Part shown: piece after piece, positions 38,634-47,826 of the stretch | How positions within the stretch are numbered: position 1 is the stretch's first letter | Layout: the number at the start of each line of letters is the position of its first letter | Assembly (NCBI GenBank): GCA_965228735.1 | Contig: OZ245838.1 | Coordinates: forward strand, 4,448,001-4,512,000 | Reading direction: 5' to 3' | DNA length: 64,000 nt | Source of the DNA: Planctomycetota bacterium | GTDB taxonomy: Bacteria > Planctomycetota > UBA1135 > UBA2386 | Program-made: the position numbers and the translations under genes | The notes under the pieces: model-generated | Told to the model about the DNA's origin: nothing | Databases searched by the model: none | What the model saw: the letters and a program-made list of their open reading frames with translations, nothing else

Positions 38634-40886
38634 CTACTTGCCATTCTTCTTCGGCTGTTTGTCGCCCTTGTCCGGACCACCGAAGAACTCGTTCTCGGAC
38701 GCCTGAGCCTTGCCCTCGACGTCCTGAATCACGGATTCCTCTATCTTTATCACGGTTCGGAGTTCCTCCAGCAGTGCCGCGAGGGTCTCCGCCTGTTCCA
38801 TTTCTGCGAACACGGCCAACAGGCGCCGCTCGATATCGATGTAACCGTCTATCGCCGCTTTGCTTACCTCGGCTTCGCGAGTCCGTGCAAAAGTATCCAC
38901 CTGGCGCCCCGTCGTCGGGAAAGCCTCCTTGGCAACGGCCGTCAGGGGAGCCGGGATCACCCGTTCCATCTGCCGCACCTTCCCGGACTCGATCAGGCGG
39001 TTGTTCTCGTACTCCCAGAGGATGCGCTGGTAGGACTCGGCGATGAAACTCGTCCGGCGGCCGAGCGAGACCTGCTGCCGCGCCAGGGTGCGCAGCCGCC
39101 CCATCACGCGGCGCTCGCGGTCGCCGACCTTGCCCTGGTTCACGACCGCGCTGAGCTCCCTGAGCTCGAGCAGGCCGGCCTGATGTTCGGTGATGATGCG
39201 GCCGAGCTCCTGACGCTGCTCGATCTGGCGGCGCCGCAGGTCCTCGAGCAGGCGCTCGCGGGTGACGACGCGGAACGTGAGCGTCTCGCAGTAGCCGGTG
39301 TGCGGTTCACCCGGCCCGAAGTTGTCGCGAGCGCGGTAGCGCATCGACAGCGTCATGCCGGGACGGATGCGGTTGTCCGCGTGGTTCTGCGCCGGCTGCG
39401 GATTCCATTGCCGCAGATCGACCGTCGCCTCGGTCTCGTAGCGCAGCGTGTTGGTCGTCATCGCCTCGACGTAGGACGCGGCGGCGTTCTCGAACGGTGC
39501 TGGCGGCACCACGGTGTCGCTGCCCGAGTCCTGCGGCGCGTCCTCGGCGATGCGCAGCTCGACGCCGATCTCACGCAGGCCGAAGTCGTCCTTCACCTTG
39601 AGCGTGCCCGGGATGCGCGCGTGGCTCGCGATCAACGAACCGATGCCACGCAGGCGCAGGTCGACCTTGGGCGCGCGGTCGTCGCCGACGCGCAGCAGGA
39701 GCTTGGGTGGCGCGCTCGCGCCGAGTTTGTCCGTGTCGATCACGTCGATGACGAGCAGCCCCGAACTCTCGGGCACGAGCTCGCCGGAAAAGGACCGGCC
39801 GTCGCCGGCACGTGTAAGCGGATACTTGCGGTCGTCGCCGAACAGCAGGAACGCCTCGTCGATCGGCTTGTGGGAAGTGCCCGCGACGAGCAGCTTGGAG
39901 CCGCTCGGCAGCCGCAGGTCGCCCTCGGTCGGCGGCACGACGTCGTTCTCCCGTTCCATGTACTCGGGATAGACGATCTCGAGCTGCAGGTCGCCGATGC
40001 GCGGCCGTTCGACGATCGTCACCGCGAGCTCGACCGGCAGCGCGTCGCCGCCCTCGGCCCGCAGGACGACGTCCTCGAGCACGGTGTCGAGCGTGAGCGT
40101 GAACTCGCCGTCGCCCGTGGCGCTCATCGGTTCGCTACCGACGTCACCGCCCGCGAACTCGTAGTCGAGGAACACCTGCTCCGGCATCTCGCCGCTCGCG
40201 ACGATGCGCACGGTGAGCGCGTCACCCTGCGGCAGGCGCACGGCGCCCTCGGCGTCCGCGAACGACAGCGTCGTGTAGCGCGGCCAGTCGACGCTGGAGA
40301 GCAGCAGGTTGCGCTGCGCCCAGATGCCCAGCGTCGAGCCGCTGATCGCGCCCCAGACGATGAAGAACAGCAGCGTGAAGACGATCGCGGCGAAGAACTT
40401 GCCGACGCGGCCGCCGTTGATCGCGTTGCCGAACGGGATCGAGTCGAGTCGCGCCGACGTGCTGCGCACCACCTCCGACATCATGTCCGTCGATTCGATG
40501 CTCGCGGCAGCCGCTCCGACGCCGCTGCCGACGAGCCGTTGGTCGAACTGCAGCGAGCTGATGAGCGATTGTTTGATGCCGGGCGCGCGGCGTTCGACCG
40601 CGAGCGCCATCTCCTCGTCGTCGAGCGTCACCGCCATCGGCCGCACGAACCGATGGCGCACCATCCGGAACACGACGACCGCGAAGCTCAGCAGCAGCAC
40701 CGCGCGGAACGCGAACTCGAGCCGCAGGAAGCGATCCGTGATCAGCGTCGGCATCGCGTAGGCCACGAGCAGCAGACCGAACGCGCCGAGCGTCTCGATC
40801 CAGATGCCACGGCGCGCGCGCGCCCGCAGTCCGTCGAACTTGGTCCTGGCCTGGCCGAGGATCACGCCGTCTGCAGTCGATGTCAT
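38634..40886 (-). CDS. Membrane-anchored DUF4175-like protein
   Basis: Three TM segments, AVERR.P..KQSLISSLQF, P..V.L...DDFGL, C-terminal coiled coil. Confidence 0.75.
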   Translation of the reverse strand: MTSTADGVILGQARTKFDGLRARARRGIWIETLGAFGLLLVAYAMPTLITDRFLRLEFAFRAVLLLSFAVVVFRMVRHRFVRPMAVTLDDEEMALAVERRAPGIKQSLISSLQFDQRLVGSGVGAAAASIESTDMMSEVVRSTSARLDSIPFGNAINGGRVGKFFAAIVFTLLFFIVWGAISGSTLGIWAQRNLLLSSVDWPRYTTLSFADAEGAVRLPQGDALTVRIVASGEMPEQVFLDYEFAGGDVGSEPMSATGDGEFTLTLDTVLEDVVLRAEGGDALPVELAVTIVERPRIGDLQLEIVYPEYMERENDVVPPTEGDLRLPSGSKLLVAGTSHKPIDEAFLLFGDDRKYPLTRAGDGRSFSGELVPESSGLLVIDVIDTDKLGASAPPKLLLRVGDDRAPKVDLRLRGIGSLIASHARIPGTLKVKDDFGLREIGVELRIAEDAPQDSGSDTVVPPAPFENAAASYVEAMTTNTLRYETEATVDLRQWNPQPAQNHADNRIRPGMTLSMRYRARDNFGPGEPHTGYCETLTFRVVTRERLLEDLRRRQIEQRQELGRIITEHQAGLLELRELSAVVNQGKVGDRERRVMGRLRTLARQQVSLGRRTSFIAESYQRILWEYENNRLIESGKVRQMERVIPAPLTAVAKEAFPTTGRQVDTFARTREAEVSKAAIDGYIDIERRLLAVFAEMEQAETLAALLEELRTVIKIEESVIQDVEGKAQASENEFFGGPDKGDKQPKKNGK

Positions 40887-43384
40887 AGCAGGTTGAACCT
40901 CTTGCGCAGCGTCCACTCGATCGCGAGCACGATGATCAGGAACATGATCGTCGCCCAGCCGTCCCACAGCGGGTGCGGCGTGCGGAACGTGTCCGTGGCC
41001 GAACGCGACGGGATCTCGTCGAGCGCCGTCAGCAGTTCGCCCGGCGTGTTGAGCAGGCGTCCGCCCGTCGCCGCGGCGATCGCGGCGAGCTCGGAGCGAT
41101 CCATCGGACCGTCACGCTCGATCTGCGCGGCGACGACCTGGAACGTGAGCTCGACGTTCTTGCCCATCTTGCGCGCCGGTCGCACGCGATACGTGCCGAG
41201 CTGCGTCGGGCGGAACTGCAGCTCGTAGCTGCCGGGCACGCTCTCGATCGGGACGAGCTGCACGTTCTCGGTCTCGCCGCCCTCGCGTTCGACGAGGATC
41301 TCGAACGCGTCCGCGAGCCACGGCTGCAGCGCCTCGTCCTTGACGTCCGCCGTGACGAGCACGGCCTCGCCGAGGTCGACCTTCTCCGCGTTGGCCGTGA
41401 GCCGCAGTCGGCTGTTACCCGCGAAGATGCGGCCTTCGAACAGGTACCGGATGCCGTTGATCCAGAACTTCACGTAGGCGTCCATGAAGATGGAACGCCA
41501 GCGATAGGTCTCGTCCGTGCCGAGCCAGAACACGCGGCCGGCGCCGACGTTCTGCATCGCGAACATCGTCATGCCGTGGCCGTCCCGCCGGAACTTGGGA
41601 TCGGGGTTGGTGCTCTCGACGACGCTCGTCGCCGCGGCCTTGAGGCGCTTGACCGGGAACCAGAAGTGGAAGCCCGGCAGGCGCGACCACACGATGCGGC
41701 GCTTGCTCTTGTCGTCCTCGATGCGCGACACCTTCGCCGCGACGCCGTCCGCGCCGTCCGCGGCGAGCTCGTAGGGCCACGGCCGCGGGAACGCGATGCC
41801 GAAGTTGACCATCTTGCGCTGCGCGAAGTCGATGTCGGGGATGACCGGCAGCAGGTCCGCGAGCGGTGAGGTCTTGGCCTCGGGCACGAGTGCTGCGAGC
41901 GTGAACTTCTCACCGCACACCCACCACAGACCGCACCCGCCCTCGACGACGTGCGCCGCGAGGTTGTCGCAGAACGTCGACGTGAGCGTCTCCGGGTTGG
42001 GGTCGATCATCACGACGACGTCGTAGGGATCGAACTCGGACCGCGCCTCCGGCAGCTTGTCGATACGCACGCCGTCGTTGCCGTCCTGCGGGAACTTCGG
42101 ATCGGCGTTCTGCACCCAGCACGTGACGTCGATCGTCTTGTCGCGGACGAGCAGGTTGCGCAGCATCTGATACTCGAAGATCGACGCGCCGGCGACGAGC
42201 AGCACGCGCGCGCGCTCGTCGAGCACCTCGACCATCTGCACCTTGCTGTGGCGTTCGGGTGCCGGCGGTTCGCCATCCGGCGGCTCGACGACGCTGCGGT
42301 AGAGGAAACGTCCCGCGGTGTCCGACGTGAGCTCGCGCCACTCGACCGTCACCTCGGTCTGGCTGCCGCCGATCTCGACCTGTTGCGTCGCGACGGTGGA
42401 TTCGCTGCCCTTCTCGTCCGTGCGCAGCAGCCGCACCGTGACGGTCGTCGGATCGTAGCCCTGCGAGCTCACGTTGGAGCTCATCTGGAACTTGTCCTTC
42501 TGGAACACCTTCTCGGGCGCTTCGAATCGCGACAGCTCGACGGTCTGCGTCTCGGACGGATCCCCGATGCCGAGCACGAACGTGTGCGGGATCTTGCGCT
42601 GGTTGAGCAGACGCGCGACCTCGGCGCCCTGCGGCCCGGCGTTGCGGCGGCCGTCGCTGACGATCACGACCGCGGCGATCTCGGAGCTGCGGCTGCGATC
42701 GAGCGCGGTCCGCAGACTGCCGCCGAGGTTGCTGAAACGACCGTCGGCCGCGAGCTTGCTCAGGTCGAGCCGCGGTGCGGGCGGCTCGTCCGGCACGATC
42801 GGCTGTCCGTTCTCGTCGAGCGGGTTCGGCGGCGGCGGCAGCAGCGGCAGGTTCTCGAGCGCGCCGGCGAACGAGTAGAGCTGCGGCACGTTCTTGCGGC
42901 CGAGCTTTTCGACGACGGCGCCGTCCTCGTGGCCGAGCAGCGCCTTCACGAGATCGATGCGGCGCTGGCCGACCGGGTCGTCGACGCCGATCTGGCGCCA
43001 GCCGTTGCTGAGCTCCTGGACCTCGGCGCGGCGGAACGCGTCGACCTGCGTCATCGACTGCGACGAGTCGACGAGCAGGATCGTGTGGCCCGGTCGCGTC
43101 TCGCGCTTCACGGTCACGAGGTTGGGCTCGAGCAGCACGAGGATCGCGACGACGACCGCGAGGATGCGGAAGAACGCGAGGGTCGCGCGCTGCATGCCCG
43201 TGAGGTTCTTGCCGTCGCGGCGATACATCCAGCCGATCGCGATGACCGCGAGCAGCATGCCGAGCAGCACGAGCATGCCGAGGCCGCCCGTCGGGAACGC
43301 GGCGAATTCGAACTGCAGTTCGTCCCCCGGTTCGGGGGTCACGCCTTTCCAGGCGGCGAGCCAACGCAGGAAGTCGTCCATCAT
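40883..43384 (-). CDS. Membrane vWA-domain protein with glutamine-amidotransferase-like domain
   Basis: MIDAS DSSQS, VIVSDG, GAGRVFWLGTDETYRWR, C-terminal TM IEWTLRKR. Confidence 0.85.
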   Translation of the reverse strand: MMDDFLRWLAAWKGVTPEPGDELQFEFAAFPTGGLGMLVLLGMLLAVIAIGWMYRRDGKNLTGMQRATLAFFRILAVVVAILVLLEPNLVTVKRETRPGHTILLVDSSQSMTQVDAFRRAEVQELSNGWRQIGVDDPVGQRRIDLVKALLGHEDGAVVEKLGRKNVPQLYSFAGALENLPLLPPPPNPLDENGQPIVPDEPPAPRLDLSKLAADGRFSNLGGSLRTALDRSRSSEIAAVVIVSDGRRNAGPQGAEVARLLNQRKIPHTFVLGIGDPSETQTVELSRFEAPEKVFQKDKFQMSSNVSSQGYDPTTVTVRLLRTDEKGSESTVATQQVEIGGSQTEVTVEWRELTSDTAGRFLYRSVVEPPDGEPPAPERHSKVQMVEVLDERARVLLVAGASIFEYQMLRNLLVRDKTIDVTCWVQNADPKFPQDGNDGVRIDKLPEARSEFDPYDVVVMIDPNPETLTSTFCDNLAAHVVEGGCGLWWVCGEKFTLAALVPEAKTSPLADLLPVIPDIDFAQRKMVNFGIAFPRPWPYELAADGADGVAAKVSRIEDDKSKRRIVWSRLPGFHFWFPVKRLKAAATSVVESTNPDPKFRRDGHGMTMFAMQNVGAGRVFWLGTDETYRWRSIFMDAYVKFWINGIRYLFEGRIFAGNSRLRLTANAEKVDLGEAVLVTADVKDEALQPWLADAFEILVEREGGETENVQLVPIESVPGSYELQFRPTQLGTYRVRPARKMGKNVELTFQVVAAQIERDGPMDRSELAAIAAATGGRLLNTPGELLTALDEIPSRSATDTFRTPHPLWDGWATIMFLIIVLAIEWTLRKRFNLL

Positions 43385-43391
43385 GTCCTCC

Positions 43392-45698
43392 TCAGCGACG
43401 GCCGAATCGCATGGCCAGGAAAGACTCGGCCAGGAGGCCGAGCACGAGAGCGGCGGCGAGGATCTTCCAGATCTCACCTTCGCCCGAACCACCACCGAGA
43501 CCGCCATCGGCCCCGACGAACGTCACGCGATCGTGCAGCTCCTGCGGGAAGAGCCGGGTGAACGCCTTCTTCTCGAACTTCTGCAGCCGGCTCTCCGTGG
43601 CCGGCGCGTTGCGCGCGAGGATGCGCGTCTCGGGCGCGCCGTCGTGCCGCGAGAACTCGACCGCGTAGGCGCCGAGCTCGCGCAGATCGCGCATCGGCAC
43701 CACGAGCTCCCACGCGCGCTGGTCGACCGTCGGGTCGGCACTGCCGCCCGGAACGTTGCCGCCCGGAACACTGCCGCCCTGGCTCTCGCCGCCCTGGTTC
43801 TCGCCGTTACCGGCATCGCCACCGGGCGTCTCCGGCTCGGGCTCGGTCGCGGTGAACGTGCGCTCCTCTCCGTCACCGCCGAGCGCGCGCAGCGTCACGT
43901 CGGGGCGGTAGACGCCCGGGTCGAGCTCGGTGCGGTAGGTGCCGTTCGGGTCGAGGTTGTTGCCGCTGAGGTCGGGCCGGCGCGCGGACGACTTGTGCAG
44001 CTCCATCACGGCCGGCACGAAGAGTTCGGTCACCGGCAGGTTCGACCAGTGCTTGTCCGCCGTGATGGCGAACGCCGAGACCTGACCGCCGCCGCTGCCG
44101 AACGGCCGCGTCACGATCAGCGGCGGCCCCTCGGCGTCGCGGATGCGCGCGACGATCGCCGCGTCGTGGTCGAACTCGTGATCGAAGGCGATCCAGCGCT
44201 TCACGAGCACGACGTTGTTCATCAGCAGCTCGAACACCTCGCCGAGCCCGCCGCACATCGGATGGTCCTTCTTCGTGAGCACCGCGGGTTCGGGCCGGTC
44301 CGGGTCGCCGTCGACCTCGAGCAGCGGCAGCGGCAAGAGTCCCTTGCCGTCCTTCCACAGCAGGTCGTTGTAGCGCTGCACGTCGATCAGCGCGCCGCAG
44401 AACACGCCGAGGCCGCCGCCGTTCCCGACGTAGGCCTCGAGCCGCTCTGCGAACTCCTCGGTCGGCGCCTGCACGTTGCAGAGCCAGATGAAGTCGAACG
44501 GTTCGAGGTCGAGCTCACCGAGACCGGTGTCGGACACGACCTGCAGTTCGAAGCCGAACCGCTGATCGCCCGTCGGATCGTACGCGGACACGACGAAGAA
44601 CGTCTCGCCCAGGTCCTCGTCCGGGTCGCCGTCGACGAGCAGTACGCGACTCTTCTCCTTCACCTCGATCGCGAACGCGCGCGCGTCGTCGAGCGGGAAG
44701 TGCTCCGTCGTCTCGAGCCTGGCCTCGACGCGGTGGAAGCCCGCGCTGCCGAACGTGTGCGACGCCGGCAACGCCACCTTCTCGCCCGGCGCGAGCTGCG
44801 GCACGTCGAGGCTCACGCTGCTCTGACCGTTGACCTGGAACGCGATCGACGTCGGCATCGTCGCGTCGAGCCCGTGGTTCTTCACGTCGATCGCGAGCGC
44901 GACCGGCACGTTGGCCACCGCGAGTCGGTCGACGAGGCGGATGTCCGTCACGCCGAGGTTGGGATGCTGGCCGCCAACGTCGAGCACGGTGAGGTGCTCG
45001 GTCTCGGGGTTCATCGCGGCGATCGCCGTAACGAGTGCGGGCTGCGCCTGGTCGTCCGGCGTCGCGAAGTCGTACTGCCGTTGATCGCAGACGAGGTAGT
45101 ACTCGGTCCGCCCGGCTTCCTCGACCGTGCTCGCGCGCTGCTGCGCGTTGCTGAACGCCTTGCCGAGGTCGGGCGACGTCTGGCTCACGAGCCACTCCTT
45201 GAGGCCGCTGCCGATGCGCCGCGCGACGTCGGGGCCGACCTGGACCTTCCACAGGTCGGGCTCGGTGCTCTTCGTGCTGCGGACGATCGAGATGAGATCG
45301 CCCGACCGCGTCTTGCTCAGGTCGTCGGCGAGCGCGCGGACGCGATCCTGCGCGCGTTCGAACAGGCTCGCGCTGCCGCTGATCTGGGTCATCGACGCGC
45401 TGTCGTCGAGCACGACGACGTGGTGCGTGATCGACCCGATGAGCCCGCCGCCGCCGAGCTGCGGCCGCGCCACGAGGAACCCGAGCAGCAGCACCGCGAG
45501 CACGCGGAGCAACAAAACGAGCCACTGCTCCATGCGCAGGCGCTTGCGGTTGCGCTTCATCGCCTTGAGCAGGAACTCCATCGCCGCCCACTGCACCTTC
45601 TTGAAGCGCCGGCGGTTGAGGATGTGGATGATGATCGGCACCGCCGCGAGCGGCAGCGCCCAGAGCAGCATCGGATTGAGGAAAGCGAGTGCGAGCAT
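43392..45698 (-). CDS. BatA-domain / vWA membrane protein
   Basis: FLNP...PIIIHILNRRRFKKVQWAAMEFL (BatA), MIDAS DDSAS, C-terminal TM AESFLA. Confidence 0.88.
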   Translation of the reverse strand: MLALAFLNPMLLWALPLAAVPIIIHILNRRRFKKVQWAAMEFLLKAMKRNRKRLRMEQWLVLLLRVLAVLLLGFLVARPQLGGGGLIGSITHHVVVLDDSASMTQISGSASLFERAQDRVRALADDLSKTRSGDLISIVRSTKSTEPDLWKVQVGPDVARRIGSGLKEWLVSQTSPDLGKAFSNAQQRASTVEEAGRTEYYLVCDQRQYDFATPDDQAQPALVTAIAAMNPETEHLTVLDVGGQHPNLGVTDIRLVDRLAVANVPVALAIDVKNHGLDATMPTSIAFQVNGQSSVSLDVPQLAPGEKVALPASHTFGSAGFHRVEARLETTEHFPLDDARAFAIEVKEKSRVLLVDGDPDEDLGETFFVVSAYDPTGDQRFGFELQVVSDTGLGELDLEPFDFIWLCNVQAPTEEFAERLEAYVGNGGGLGVFCGALIDVQRYNDLLWKDGKGLLPLPLLEVDGDPDRPEPAVLTKKDHPMCGGLGEVFELLMNNVVLVKRWIAFDHEFDHDAAIVARIRDAEGPPLIVTRPFGSGGGQVSAFAITADKHWSNLPVTELFVPAVMELHKSSARRPDLSGNNLDPNGTYRTELDPGVYRPDVTLRALGGDGEERTFTATEPEPETPGGDAGNGENQGGESQGGSVPGGNVPGGSADPTVDQRAWELVVPMRDLRELGAYAVEFSRHDGAPETRILARNAPATESRLQKFEKKAFTRLFPQELHDRVTFVGADGGLGGGSGEGEIWKILAAALVLGLLAESFLAMRFGRR

Positions 45699-45708
45699 CA
45701 GCGAGGGG

Positions 45709-46752
45709 TCAGCGCTGGTAGATGGGGACCAAGGCGTATGGCAGCTGCAGGATCAGCAGAGCGATCGCGGTGCCGTAGACCGGCCCGACGCTGTCACCGA
45801 GCCAGCTGCCGTCCGGACGCTGCTGCTCGCGCAGCCACGACGCCATCGCGATGAAGTAGTCGGACCACTGCGAGCCGCCGCGCTGGTAGCGCGCCTGGCT
45901 CCAGTAGAGGTGGGCGTAGTAGTGGTGACCCGTGGTGTCGGTGCGCACGGCGAGCGCGCGGTCGCAGTAGCGGAACGCGGCGTCGACGAACTCCGCGTCG
46001 TCGTAGATGCCGGCGTTGTAGAACACCGCCACGCCGGCCGCGGTGATCGCCGGCCGACTGCTCGGACCGCCGCGCAGCTTGTAGCGCACGCCGCCGTCCT
46101 CGTTCTGGCAGCGGCGGACGTAGCTCACGGCGCGGTCGACGATGCGACGGTCGACGACGATGCCGGCCATGCGCGCCGCGCGCAGCGCCTGCAGCTGCGT
46201 GATCGTGACGCTGCCCTCGTCGTCGTTCTGATCCGGCCGATAGATCCACCCGCCGGCGGTCGACTGCGCTGCGGCCGTGACCGCGACGGCGCGATCGAGC
46301 GCGCGCTTGAGCCGCCGCTGCTGGTGCAGGTCCTCTTCCATCCCGTAGACCGACGCGAGCAGCAGCGTCGCGAAGCCGTGGCCGAACATCGGCACCGGGT
46401 CGTCCGGGGTGTGGATCAGACCGTTCTCACGTTCGGCACAGCCCAGGAGGAACTCGACGGCGCTGCGCACCTGCCGCCAGAAGCGACCGCGCGTCGGCGT
46501 CGAGCCGGACGCGACGAACGCCATCGCCGCGAGCGAGGTCATCGCGACCGGGTAGCCGCCCGCGTCGGCGCCGTCCGATCGCCAGCTGCCGTCCGCCGTC
46601 TGCGATCGCGCGAGCCACTCGAGCCCGTCGTCGATCGCGCGCGCCGACGCGGCCGTGACACCGGCCGGCAGACCCTGCGCCCTCGCGGGCACGGCCGTGC
46701 CCACGAACGCGAACGCCGCGACAGCGGCGCCGATGCCCAGTCGGAAACTCAC
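45709..46752 (-). CDS. Exported prenyltransferase/squalene-cyclase repeat (alpha/alpha barrel) protein
   Basis: Signal peptide; QW-like repeats WLARSQTADGSW, QSTAGGW, QNEDGG, QQRPDGSW; C-terminal PIYQR. Confidence 0.88.
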   Translation of the reverse strand: MSFRLGIGAAVAAFAFVGTAVPARAQGLPAGVTAASARAIDDGLEWLARSQTADGSWRSDGADAGGYPVAMTSLAAMAFVASGSTPTRGRFWRQVRSAVEFLLGCAERENGLIHTPDDPVPMFGHGFATLLLASVYGMEEDLHQQRRLKRALDRAVAVTAAAQSTAGGWIYRPDQNDDEGSVTITQLQALRAARMAGIVVDRRIVDRAVSYVRRCQNEDGGVRYKLRGGPSSRPAITAAGVAVFYNAGIYDDAEFVDAAFRYCDRALAVRTDTTGHHYYAHLYWSQARYQRGGSQWSDYFIAMASWLREQQRPDGSWLGDSVGPVYGTAIALLILQLPYALVPIYQR

Positions 46753-46762
46753 CGTCGGAACC

Positions 46763-47815
46763 TCACCGCTGGAAGATCGGGCAGAGGGCGTAGGGCAGCT
46801 GCAGCAGCGTCAGCGCGATCGCGGTGCCGTAGACCGTGCCGACCCCGTCGCCGTCCCAGCTGCCGTCCTTCTTCTGCTGCTTGAGCAGCCAACGCGCCTT
46901 CTTGTCGTAGTAGTCCCGCCAGTCCGAGCCGCCGCGCTGGTAGAGCGCCTGCGACCAGTAGAGGTGCGTGTAGTAGTGGTGACCGGTGTTGTCGACCGTC
47001 ACCGAGATGTGCTTCTTGCAGTAGTCGTAGGCCTTCTCGGCGAACGGCTGGTCGTCGTAGATGCCCGCGTTGTAGAGCACCGCGACGCCGGCCGCCGTGA
47101 TCGCCGGGCGACTGCCGCCGCCGGAGTTGAGGCTGTAGCGGATGCCGCCGTCGCTCGTCTGGCAGCGCTTGATGTAGTTGACCGCGCGGTCGATCGTCTT
47201 CTTGTCGACGACGATGCCCGACATGCGGCACGCGCGCAGCGCCTGCACCTGCGTGACCGTGACGCTGCCCTCGTCGCTGTTGCTGTCGGGAGTGTAGATC
47301 CAGCCGCCGGCCGAACTCTGCGCGGCGGCGATCAGACCGACCGCCTTGTCGAGCACGCGCTTGAGCCGACGCTGCTTCGTCAGATCCTCCTCCATGCCAT
47401 AGACCGACGCGAGGTAGAGCGTCGCGAAGCCGTGGCCGTACATGCTGCGCCCTTCCTCGGCCGGCACGGAGACGAGCCCCGTTCGCGGGTCCGAGTTGTC
47501 GATGAGGAACTGCACGGACTCGCGCACTTCGCGCCAGTGGCGGCCGCGCGTCGGCGTCGAGCCCGACGCGAGCAACGCCATGCCGGCGAGGCCGGTCATC
47601 GCCGCGGGGTACGAGCCGTAGCCGCCGCTGTTGCGCCATGCGCCATCAGGGCCCTGGTTGCGCGCCAGCCAACCGAGACCGCGCTGGATCGAATCGGCGA
47701 TGGCCTTGTCGACGCCGGGCGGGAAGGCGTAGTCCTGAGCGGAGAGAGCGCCCGCGCACCCGCTGATGGCAGCGGTGAACGAGAACGCGAGCGTGAGTGA
47801 GTTGCGCAGGATCAT
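46763..47815 (-). CDS. Exported prenyltransferase/squalene-cyclase repeat protein (paralogue)
   Basis: WLARNQGPDGAW, MYGHGFATLYLA, QQKKDGSW, C-terminal PIFQR. Confidence 0.88.
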   Translation of the reverse strand: MILRNSLTLAFSFTAAISGCAGALSAQDYAFPPGVDKAIADSIQRGLGWLARNQGPDGAWRNSGGYGSYPAAMTGLAGMALLASGSTPTRGRHWREVRESVQFLIDNSDPRTGLVSVPAEEGRSMYGHGFATLYLASVYGMEEDLTKQRRLKRVLDKAVGLIAAAQSSAGGWIYTPDSNSDEGSVTVTQVQALRACRMSGIVVDKKTIDRAVNYIKRCQTSDGGIRYSLNSGGGSRPAITAAGVAVLYNAGIYDDQPFAEKAYDYCKKHISVTVDNTGHHYYTHLYWSQALYQRGGSDWRDYYDKKARWLLKQQKKDGSWDGDGVGTVYGTAIALTLLQLPYALCPIFQR

Positions 47816-47826
47816 CCTGTTGCCTT

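Noticed and set aside
45709..47815. Hopanoid or terpene biosynthetic cluster
   Set aside because: These are single-barrel exported proteins without the cyclase DxDD motif, and no isoprenoid pathway genes are nearby.
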